Positions 53,301 through 64,000 of a stretch of 64,000 nt of DNA are shown piece by piece. The notes under the pieces were generated by a model that saw nothing but the letters and a program-made list of their open reading frames with translations, ran no database searches and was not told the DNA's origin. The translations under genes and the position numbers were made by a program. Positions within the stretch are counted from its first letter, which is position 1, and every line of letters begins with the position of its first letter. This DNA is from Trichoplax adhaerens. Its lineage: Eukaryota; Animalia; Placozoa. The stretch is taken from the NCBI RefSeq assembly GCF_000150275.1, contig NW_002060947.1, positions 7,549,880 through 7,613,879 on the forward strand, in the 5' to 3' direction.

Positions 53301-56300
53301 CCAACTAAAACTAAAGGTACACCGGAACCTTTGGAGCAGATATAATCTTGGATCTAAAGATTCCAAAGATTCATCAATAATTATAGAGATTGGCTAGATT
53401 AGTAATAAATTTTGCTAACTATCGCGACTAAATTAGTGTAATTCCAAATTTAATATTTTACGAAATTTCGAACCTGATCTAAAATATCATCTCGACCCAA
53501 TACGGTAGATGATCGCGTATTCAAGAATACCTAGGAATAAAAAGTTAATATTTGGTCATGAAGGAATGTAAACTGATCCAAATTCTTGGGAGAGTAATCA
53601 AAAAGGAAGTAAAACGGGATACATCTATATTTTATATAGTATATAGGCTACGAAGGCAGAAGAAAGACGATTACCAGTCTATGCGCTAGAAATTCGCAAA
53701 AAAAAGATCCATAACTACTAGATGATCATTTTGTCTATTGTAATATTTGGCGAATGTATCAGATCGAAGAATTTATCCGTTGATTTTCTATGAAGGATTT
53801 TCAACATATTTATACTCATATGCTGCATACAGATTCATTTACCTCATGTGCTTCACGTATAACCTCCAATTTATCCATCGGAGAATCGTCTAAAGGATAC
53901 TGATGACTAATTTGACGTTTAAAGAATTCAATCACCTGTAAAAGTTCATGCTTGAGAATCTGGTATAACTTAACCTGGCTAACTATTACTTTACCAAGAA
54001 TGTACCTCATTATCGTAAAATGGCTGATAATGAACTACGAGATATTTGATGTGTACTAAAATAGTTTAGCTGTTTCGTAACCTTACCGTTTTAACAAAAG
54101 TCGATTCTGGTCCTAAACCTTGAACTCGAATAGTACCGTTAATTTCATCGATTCCATTAAAGGAGCAGCTATAACTTACCACACGTGAATCCTAAAAATA
54201 TATCAATAGTGTAAAGCCCATTGATGGGGATCTGCAATTTGACTAAATTACGAAACTTAATGACAATTAAATGAAAAGAACTGTAAATTTGGAGATGCTA
54301 GCAATTGGATGCTTATATTAAGCCTCTCAAAAGACAATAAATGGAAGTAACTGTAGATTTAGAGATGCTAGCGGGAAGGTGTTAATGCTAAATGTTAAGC
54401 TAGTTCATAGAGGTCAATATAATTAATTACTTTATGATCATTTTGAGCACTTTATTACGTGACTGATGCAAAGTTCTATCATCGTGTTCATTATTGAACA
54501 GCAATTATGACAGAAATAAATCGAAGTAACTAAAGCAGAACCATTTTAAAAGATATAAATGATCTATTTACTGTATATTGATTTATTAACCTAATACTTT
54601 GTCAGATAAATGATAGATATTTGGCTCTATGCTGGTACAGAATAGTCATTATAGTTTCTTGAACAACGTCGAAGCTTTAGAAATAGGATGGATGAGAAAA
54701 ATTTGGAAAAGTTATAAGTATTTACAGCAATATCTGTGAAGGCTAAACCATGGACTACTAGAAGAACACCTTTAAATCTTCTTCAGGTCTTCTTCTAGTG
54801 GTCCATGGTTAAACTAAGAATATATGCTACACAATATGTAATAGAGGCGAGCAAGAGCTAGCTAGAAGTGGAGAAATACGCAAATGCTTGCACCGCGCGA
54901 ATTAATTACTTAGGAAAAGAATGAACGAACTTGCCATTAAAACAAATCGCCCAAGCCTTGGAGCAGGTAAGAAGCATTAATAAAATGTATGCTCGAAGGT
55001 ATCCATGCAGAATAGTGCCATGTTGTACGGTATTCAAAATATTAGGGATGCGAGGATGTGGGGAAAGTGGGGTTGTTACAATGTAAGGATAAAGTATAAA
55101 AAATATGAAGTATACCAGCAGAAACTCGGCTAAGAATAGATTGTATGTATTTCGCAAGTTTTACGCTCAAATTTTTACACCCATACATCGATGTTGCAAA
55201 TTTTCTTGTACTAGCTTACCACATATGAACTTATGACATTATAATGACTTAACTCACCGGAAATCTCCCTTTGATACATGTCTTTAGGAGCTTCATCTTT
55301 TGCAATGCTTCTTCAGATGATTCGGTAAAATCATTTTTAAAATTGTTCGGTATAGATGTTATGAATTCTGGATCACGAATAAGAAATAATGCTAGAAATA
55401 TTGAAAGTAGCAATCGTAAATAAGAACCAACGTAAAGGGATAATGCACTAAAACGAAATGAGCTAGATACTGGCTAGAAAGTCTTATTACAGTTAGGATT
55501 AGCTTTACGAAATGCTCCATGAATAATTTCCATTTCAGTTATAGAAGTTCCAAAAATCCATCCATACTCTTGAGCTAAATTTTGAGGTACATCGGATTGT
55601 TCAGGAATCCAACCTGAACGGTGGCTGATCAATATTTACAATAATTGATGTTTAAGGTAGAGGACGGTATAAACTATTATTACGGTACGCCCATAAATCA
55701 AAATTTTTAACATTTAAACTAAAAAAAATTTCATCATATCGCACCTGGACAGATTTAAAAAGAAAGGCCATTGATTATCTTCGTAGCATCGATCTATTTC
55801 TCCAAGGCAGATCCTTAACGTTTCTTCTGATGTAGCTTCTTTCGGCACTCCCTAGATAAATTTTAAGGAGAGAATACACGTTCCTTTGAGCTAATACCTT
55901 AAAGTCACAATGGATATTCAACCAATGGTAGACAAAATTAATCAAAAATGATAATAACGACTTGTATGAAAGGGATAATATACTGAAGAGATTTATACTA
56001 AAATATAGCAAATTTGTAGTATAATATCGCTTAAAGATTGTATGTCAATATTATTGGGGAAAAGATACCTGTAATGTAACTAGTATTGTGATTGTAGACT
56101 GTTAGCCATGTTTAGTATAATGTACGGTAGATATTTATCCTAAAAGATATTTGGTAGCTATAACTATAGACTGTAGTGGTAGAGACTCTATGCTAGAGTA
56201 CAGATCACTATATACAGTAAGGTGTTGAGTTACTAATAAGGCTATAGGTAAAAATAGAACTTTAAATCATATATTAGGATATGGTTAATTCATTGTACTT

Positions 56301-57762
56301 TGGCTGGTGTGAATAATGTCTACATAAGTACTGTAGTCGTATCGATATTGGATTAATGATGGTCCGCAGTAGAATAATCTGACTAAGAATAGTTTAACTA
56401 TGTGTAAAATAAGGTAAAAGGTTGCTATGCGGATTGTAGCTGCAAATGCTACGAAAAGTATAAAAGCATGCAACTTTAGATTATTCTGTTAGTTCGTTGT
56501 AGAAGTCTTTCGTAGTAGTATGCGGCTAGAGTAGAGCTGTGTGTAGTTAATCTTTGTATAAGATTCAATAAAGCCCTTATTTTTCTATAATATGGAATCT
56601 CGTGATTGATATATATCACAATACCATAGAGCATAGACAAGAACTGAGTAAATTTCAGAAACAATACCAAGAAGTGATTAAGGATATAATACTTTTCATG
56701 ATGAGTAGAATAAAATGTTCACTAGAATTTAATTAAATTCGTGCCTAATATCAATACATGGCAAATTATACAAGTGCCCTGTAGTCTACTTGAAAGATAG
56801 GATAACACATCCATAAGTACGCGATATCATGAATTCTGAGCATTAAACAAGTAAAGGATTCATTGCCGCCAATGTATATTAATAAATACAAGCAACGGTA
56901 GCTAGAACTAGAGAAAACGTACAGTTCCTACCCTTATATCAAGTTTTATATTTTACTTACCCAGCGTAAATCACATTCAATGAGATGCAGCTTTAATTTT
57001 TCACACCATAACCTCAGTTCTGGAAACACCTAAGACGAAAGTTTAAAGTTGTGTAAGTTATAGTAATAAAAATCAATTATAATTTTCACCGTGCTCAAAT
57101 TTTATCCCTAAAATTGAGATATTCAATATATACATAAGTAGTCCATTTATTATCCTTTGCTTTAGCTGAACAAACACTAAATCTAAACATTATTGAATAG
57201 CTTTGTTAGCATTGACAAGGCATTATACCTGCTTAACTAAAACTTCACGTTCTGCATGGAAATCTTTAAATGTTGAGGACACAAATAAACGAATAGTTTT
57301 CCAACCACGTCTTTTGAAAGCTGGTTTAATGTCTTCTTGATATTTAATCGATGTTGCTCGAACAGCATTCCAACATTCCATTGGAGTCGATGGCTGCAGT
57401 TCACAGACTTGTTGCAATGACATTTCTGGTACTTGTGGTAATTCTGACCATAAGATTGTAAAGGTTTCAATAGTTCCTGATGTTTTTGTCACATTTGTAA
57501 TTTTACGTAAATTTGTAGTTATGGAGTGCTTATTTTTGTCTGCACTACTCCTGCTATCATTATTCTTAGTGCTAGATTTCAATGCTTTAGTATTCGAGCC
57601 TTGGACTGCATCTCTCGTTGAATGATCAGATTCATTTGTCGAAACATTTGTACTTTGGATTTGCGGATTTGATGAATGATTATTTGCAGAAGCGGACGGA
57701 CGAGTAAGTGGTCGATTGGCTTCGTTGACAACTTGTAGTTGCTTTCCTGATGCACAACCCAT
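47313..57762 (-). CDS. Copy D: DUF4062-NACHT-TPR paralog, 24 exons, about 1174 aa
   Basis: Exons: 57762-57229, 57029-56961, 55851-55745, 55624-55491, 55391-55258, 54191-54087, 53935-53843, 53530-53474, 53353-53217, 53096-52988, 52850-52746, 52650-52477, 51422-51235, 51130-50802, 50678-50507, 50131-50023, 49792-49664, 49583-49468, 49370-49238, 48717-48601, 48502-48356, 48233-48150, 47646-47491, 47399-47313. The start is placed at MGCASGK by homology with copies A-C. Confidence 0.92.
48905..48945. repeat. Hairpin of the same ggaccactag...ctagtggtcc family, in intron 19 of copy D
   Basis: Sequence accactagaaattt-ctta-aaatttctagtggt forms a perfect 14-bp stem. Confidence 0.6.
51440..52498. repeat. 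About 10 degenerate 80-120 bp tandem units, each containing the exon-12 3' end and splice donor, in intron 12 of copy D
   Basis: The unit ggactta(c/t/a)ctttc(t/c)gctatttaaatctaat...agatgtaaaataa...attctgtatcctat..caa recurs near 51516, 51611, 51708, 51785, 51906, 52001, 52197, 52288, 52379 and 52471. The last one is the real exon/intron junction. Confidence 0.88.
54747..54809. mobile_element. Short hairpin / MITE-like element; relatives at 43560-43602 and 48905-48945
   Basis: Arms are accatggactactagaagaa and ttcttctagtggtccatggt (19/20 inverted match), with TAA on both flanks. Confidence 0.6.
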
Positions 57763-58399
57763 AATGGCAGTATATAGTACGCTAGTAATTGAATTTTTGT
57801 CGAACAATTTCACAGTTTACCAATTGCTAGCATGAATGGCGATAAACTCTAGCTGAAAAAGTGATAGAAATTAAGTAATAAGAACGATAGTGTTGGAAAT
57901 GAGTAGCTGGACTATAATATACGGTACGCGTATTGAGTGTAGATTATAAGATTACTTTAAATATGCGAAATCATGAACTTCTTGTGCTTTCGAAAGTACA
58001 CATTTTGAACCTGTAATTATTAAAATATACTGGTATATGTTATATATTTATTTTATTTTACCAGTAATAGTTTATACTTCAAAGACACGTAAATTAAACT
58101 ACTGTTTAGTACAATATCTTTCCATTGGTGAATTTTAAACTAAGTAGCCAGCCAGCAAGAAATAATAAAGAAATAGTTGGGGTATTGAATGGTTAAATTG
58201 TGTGCGATAACACCTTCAAAATTAGTAATTTATCATTTCTAACAAGGAAGCATTTACCTGTGATATAATTAGATTGTGATGTACGTATTAAATCATGCAT
58301 GTTAGAGGACCTATCCATTAAGGTAATCAAGTCTTAGATTTAGATGAACTTGTCTGGTTTATCTATTAGCAGTGCTCTGGAATATATCCTCGGCAAAAT

Positions 58400-59005
58400 T
58401 CAATACCAAATATAGTTATTATTAGACTATTGGCTAAAAGAGAGCTTGATCAGTTTTGACTTCTTATTTAGCAGCAAAAAATTCCGACTAGAACAAACGC
58501 AATATATTACTTGTATCTTCTAGGAATTGCTAAAGAAAAGTAAGAACATAATCCCTGTGTCACAATTAGAATAGCTGCATCAATTCTCACAAAATTTAAC
58601 TGGGTATCATCGTGTTAAGAACACACTTTAATACAAACATCTAGCTTGTACTTTTAGCAAGTCTGTCAATTTTCATTATTAAATTAATTGGAGTATATTT
58701 TATTCTAGGATTGATGAAGAATCTACTAGCTAAACAAAGAGCTTGATAAATTTTTTCTATCTAATTTTATAATAAAAAATTCAACTAAAGCGAACCTAAC
58801 ATCTTACTTGAGACTTAAAAAAGTGCTAAAAAATGAGAGAGTAGTTCCGGTATCATGATTGGAATAACTACTTGACTTTGAATGAAATTTAACTGGAATG
58901 AATACTTTAATAACGTCTTATAATACTAATATCTAGTTAGTACTTTATCAATTCTATTGGAATGTAAACTTTAAGTAAATATAGTATTTTTCATTCGATG
59001 GTTGG
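58400..59005. repeat. Old two-copy tandem duplication, period about 297 bp, upstream of copy D
   Basis: The colinear anchors agagcttgat, aaaaaattc, ttacttg, tgctaaa, aaatttaactgg, actttaata and atctag..gtacttt occur at about 58441-58655 and again at about 58738-58945. Confidence 0.6.
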
Positions 59006-59240
59006 AGAGAAAGTTATAAAGAGAGATAAAGTAGTACAAACTATCTGTAAATCTTCTTGCCAAATTAATACACAATTTCTGATGAAATCTTCTTTAATTA
59101 TTTTATTTTGAAGCTGATTAATATGTTGTTATGACTACTCCATAAATCTCTGAGGCATTAACTTGAGATTTGCTGCTCACCAGTAATAGTTTCATACTGA
59201 ATCCATTAGTCTCTACCATTATCCGAATATTGGGTAAGAT

Positions 59241-59311
59241 GAATTAGACTGGCGAATTAGACTGGCGAATTAGACTGCCGAACTAGACTGCCGAATTAGA
59301 CTGCCGAATTA
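59241..59311. repeat. 13-bp minisatellite, about 5.5 copies
   Basis: gaattagactg(g/c)c is repeated head to tail. Confidence 0.92.
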
Positions 59312-61891
59312 AACGACCGATATCGGTTGTCTACACGTCTACTTACATACCCGTAAGTATCTATAAAGTAGTTCTCTACTAAATAGCATTAGTGTCAGTT
59401 ATGCTTTAATACTGTAGTGGATATGAAACATCTTTACGAGGGACATGGTGAACGTCTACTTTGTCCACTACATATTCGAATATTTAACAATCCAAAATGA
59501 AAACATTCTAACGAAAATGATCATTTCATCTACACATTTTAATCATACCTATGTGTACCTTGAAAAATAAAAATTTTTCTATTACGGTTTGCTGGCAAAA
59601 TTGGCCTTAATGCTTTTCGAGAATTTAATTTTTCCAATTTCTTGCCAATTGCTATTTCAAGTAGCTATCAGTATTTAACTATAAGGATTAAAATAAGAAT
59701 AGATGCTACTAATTATCGATCTCGGTTCTGTTTCATTTACTCTCTCAAGTAAAATGTGATTTAATATATTCGTGATCTTTAGGAAGAACCACCTCCGTTA
59801 CCATGGGGACATATAGTCGTCATAAAGTGTATCAATGAATATACTTGCATTGTAACTAGCTCATTTACGGAACGTTTAATGGGTGGACAATTCTATTACA
59901 GAAAGTTAGCTAAAAGTTTATACTGATGTTTTGCCGGTGGTATTTTAAATTGCATATGTTTCAGTTATTGCTATGATAAAGAAAAATTCAATTACAAAAG
60001 TACACATTAAATGATATGCAGCAAGATGGGCAAACTATCGGGTAAGCATTAAGTATTTTATTCCTAATTATACTATAAATAATACTTTTGACTTGAGTAA
60101 TAGCTGGTATAATTAAAGATAAATAAAATTATCTTTAAAAATCGGATGTTAATGTACGCACAACAATTACTGTAAGATCTTACTCATACCATATAACAAA
60201 TAGAAAATATTCTTATCAACTATGCCGGTATTGTGCTAATTCCAAAAAGATCGGTGAATAAAATGATCGCATTTTGATGTTTCATTATTCCGCTATCTTC
60301 CTCACATAATATTTCATGTTTTGTATCTCAGGAATAATTTATTTTTAAGTTTACGAGCTGTAAGCTTAATATCGGTAGTATTATTTTTGCATCACTTTCA
60401 GCTCCAGAGCGGAGTTAAATAATAATGCTATCCGAAAGTTTATAAATAAGACGAAATGTTTCTTGGCATCTTTATCTACACCTTTAAGTGAATTTATGCT
60501 TACTGAATGGTTGCCTGTATTAGCATTATAATTAAAAATAGAATTAAGCAACGGTATCCTGCTATCAATGTTATACGAAGTTCTATCTAGATTATGAGAT
60601 TATATACGATTGTCATCAAGGAAAATCTTAAACTTTGAGTCTTGTTTTTCTTTTAACATTGTAAGCTAGCTTATATTAAATATACATGTGAAGCGTAATA
60701 ATAGAAGCAGAGATTAATTTATAAGATACCCTAAAGATAGATTTCTATTCTTAGTTAAGTCTGTCATTGTTTAAGAATTGATCATGATTGGAGGAGTAAA
60801 CAAGTTTTTATTCATTTATCAGCTAAGAAATCCAATTACGACTATCATACAATACAGCAATTACTACATGTTCAAAGTTAGTCTTAAACTGTACTATGGC
60901 TGTAAGGATATCATTATTGATTTATTAGTTGCTACAAGTGATTACTTTTATCTCTTATTCGCATATAATAATGCTCATTTGTTCATCCTGTAGTATTGAA
61001 TTTCCGCACATTTCGTTTCTTGATGACTAACTCTCAGAGTGTATAGAACAATTTATTTTATTTATTCATTGTATTACAGTAGGATGGCTACTATACGAGT
61101 ATGTATACTTACTATAATTTTTCGGTATAATCGATAAATTGATCACATTGATTGCTAGGAATAAGTAAAGTAATGAAAGGGGTATTCTTACTAATGATAA
61201 TTTCCCCTGTCGACTTTGGAACACAGAATTGTAATTAAAACTTAAAATTCCAACAAAGCTATAAATAACATTAGTCAGCTTGTCCGTTGTTTAAATATTT
61301 GGTTTAATTTTATTTATATTACTGTAGTGAAAAGTTATCATGGTTATATTGATCCTATCAATTAGTTATTAATTAAATATCTATATATGCATGCATTTTA
61401 TAATAAATGAAATGCAAACTTATCAGAGTATCTATACAAGTTCTGTCAATAATTAAGATAGGCGTCGACAGCTTGTAGTTTGCGGTTGGAAAATACAGTG
61501 ATAAAATAATGGCTATAAAATGCGTAATACACCACACGAATTGCATGATGGATAGTAGCCGCTTAGGACGTATAAAGATTTTAAGTTAACTTTACACAAG
61601 TGACATAACACTTCTATTTTAAAATAGATTACATTATTGTTAGTATAATGAATATCTTAGAGAATAAGTCGCTAAAGTTGTATTCCTCCAGCACGTAAAC
61701 TTATCAATATATTGTCGTAAGATTTACCTTAAACGCGTCACGTACTGATTACAGAGACAAATGGATTACAGTGCTTCATAAATTTGCTATAATTATAATT
61801 AGTTCATGGTAAAGGAGATCAGTGAGCAATAAATGGTAGAAGTATGCATTGAGGATATCTGTGTCAAGATAAATAAAGTGCTCAACAGAAT

Positions 61892-63768
61892 CTAGTCGTT
61901 TTCGCTATCCCTTTCCAAGCTTTCGGCAATAATTCGAAACCCGGGCTCATCAAGAACAGCTTTGGTTCGCAATGTAGATGGATGCGTTGGCCCAAGAATC
62001 TATAAAAGCAAAGGACCATTGTTACTATGCAAGTGATTATTCTGAAATAATAAAGCAGCTATCATGAGAAGAATTTGTAAGAAAATAATATAGCAGTTGC
62101 CACTACACCTATAAAAATATGCCTTATCAACATACTTCACATTTTATCTTGTATGCTCTCAGATAGTAATGATACGACTCATGCTTATTTTTGTATTCAA
62201 TGACAATTCCCATATTAAACACAATTCGTGAAGTTAATCTATGATTTTCACCATAGGCTTGGACACATAAATCAAGGGCTTTATGGTATTGCTAATATAT
62301 AAAGAAATAAGATTGGTTAAATCTTGTCAAAGTTCGGTACAAACAAGCAAACATTGGATCAAATCACATATTTTAAGTTATATTTTGACAAAGTATGACA
62401 ACAAAGAGTACACAGATCAGTTGACAACTAACATCAAAATTAACTACCGAAATAAGAAAATTTTAGTAAACTTACGACCTAGCCAATATTACCTGCATTT
62501 GCTCACTACTTCCTTCTTTCTTGACAAAGGTAGCAACATTTTGATAAGCTTCCGCTAAATGGCCAACGTCTCCCAACTATTGTTACGGTTTGAACTTTAG
62601 ATACATGCGTTCTAATAATCTACAATTTTTAAAGTATTCTTTTGCTATTTTAGATAGATTGAGTTTACGAACCTCCTGAAATATTTGTATCGCATTATTG
62701 CAATGTACTTCACATTTCGTAATTCCTTCTGCCGGGGTTAGATCTTTATATGCAAAATTTGATTGACTAAATGCGCCATAATGAAACGATACAAGTAGTT
62801 CCAATAAGCCCAAATGATACTGTATTGCAAAGAGAAATAAAGGCAAGAACATAAGCATAAAAAGTGGAATAGATCTGTTACAATATGCTAGAGGTATGCA
62901 ATTAGATATCTTAAGTCCTGTTCTATTTTAAATTATTACTAATTAATTTCACTTATTTTTACCCATAAAAGCTGTATCAATAACCTTATTATCATCACCG
63001 CTGAGATTTTTGCGATAAGAAATTGCCTTTAAACCAGTTTGCACTACTTCATAGTGATCTTTGGCTCCTTGAACCGTTATAAATTCTCGTAATTTACTAT
63101 CCTATAAACGTAGTAATGTTAATAAGCAAGTTTTGATTGTGAGAGGGTCAAAAGGGTATTTAATTAAGGCTTAATCGGCAAATTGTTCGTTTAAATACCT
63201 ATATTGCGAAATGAACGAATCATACCTCACTTAAAGTATCGGTCAGTAATTCGAATTGATTGGCAAGCTTTTCTTTCCTGCCACCAAGAGTATTTTGTTC
63301 CATATCAATTGCCTCATTAACTAATCTTTGACATTCGCTATGCTGTCCAGCATGACACCTACATTTACACTTAAATTTATCAACTATCCATGCCATTAAG
63401 AACTACATAATAAATATGAAATTTAATCTTTAGCCTTACAAGAAGCGCGCCACTCGCCATTTTTTGTCAGCAATTTCGTCATCTGTAGCTGTTGCAGCTA
63501 GTTGCTCTAGCGATTGAGAGTAAAGTGTTGCCGCAGTTACATACCCTCCAGCCTAATTAGAAATAATATTTTTGTTATTAATTGTTCGGTCTCTCCATTA
63601 TTTATTGTTTCATTAAAACTAAAACATAAGGCATCAAACCGAGCGCCATGATCGTAACAGTTCAATGTTGTATTCATCGGCAGATAATTTCTCGAATATG
63701 GGCCATTCTAGCAAACAACGAGCTAGACGACTATGATCCAGCAACTTCTCCAAGTGATAAGGTAATTC
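61892..63768 (-). CDS. Copy E (partial): exons 17-24 of a fifth paralog; its 5' part lies beyond the window end
   Basis: Exons: 63768-63640 (ELPYHLEKLLDHSRLARCLLEWP), 63552-63440, 63358-63226, 63101-62985, 62819-62673, 62576-62493, 62291-62136, 61999-61892 (ILGPTHPSTLRTKAVLDEPGFRII...TAG). Confidence 0.9.
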
Positions 63769-64000
63769 CTGTTGATAATCACTCATTTTATTAGCATAAC
63801 AATAGGATAGAGATAAAAAATTTAAATAACAAGTGCTAGGAACAAATTCTTTTGTAACTATCAAACTTGATAAAGTTTTGATAAGACCATAACTAGCAAT
63901 CCCAATTACAAATCATATCAAATTATCACGCTTCCATTACTACCGCAGAATAATTTCATTCCCTGAATGTACTTACAAAGATTTAAGGTAAGTCATAAAA

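Noticed and set aside
2857-57762. Assigning the gene symbol NPHP3 or TEP1
   Set aside because: There are no TROVE or WD40 regions as in TEP1, and no evident long N-terminal coiled coil or long TPR run as in NPHP3. Orthology needs a phylogeny.
57763-57813. N-terminal extension MKLFDKNSITSVLYTAI of copy D in the ORF track
   Set aside because: It starts at a GTG rather than an ATG, is absent from the paralogs and would bury the myristoylation glycine.
16600-61800. Short AT-rich intergenic ORFs (18639-18851, 31456-31743, 44841-45029, 45151-45363, 60778-60993)
   Set aside because: Most have the I/L/F/Y/N/K-rich composition typical of random AT-rich DNA, and none shows a recognisable motif or paralog support.
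2857-63768. Array members as pseudogenes, or as a prokaryotic defence operon
   Set aside because: The fragmented ORFs are exons that join in frame through GT-AG introns in all copies, and no disabling lesion was seen.

Overview
AT-rich eukaryotic genomic DNA with many short GT-AG introns. It is probably an invertebrate animal: the composition and compact introns fit an early-branching lineage such as a placozoan, but the sequence alone cannot prove this. The window opens with the 3' part of a temptin-like gene on the + strand, ending in a hydrophobic, possibly GPI-signal tail. The rest is a head-to-tail tandem array of at least five paralogous genes on the - strand: four complete 24-exon copies (A-D, about 1135-1174 aa) and the 3' eight exons of a fifth (E). 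Each complete copy encodes an MGCxS lipidation motif, a variable low-complexity linker, a DUF4062 domain, a NACHT/STAND P-loop NTPase (GVAGAGKS; ILFFDALNQ), a helical region and C-terminal TPR-like repeats, i.e. an NPHP3/TEP1-like, NLR-type architecture. I assembled the exons by hand; they join in frame in every copy with identical intron positions and phases. The core is highly conserved, while loops in the TPR exons are strongly diversified. Non-coding features include a 586-bp solo LTR with a 5-bp TSD, a 6 x 129-bp satellite inside an inverted-repeat-bounded insert, an intron built from tandem copies of its own splice donor, a small hairpin/MITE-like family and several minisatellites.
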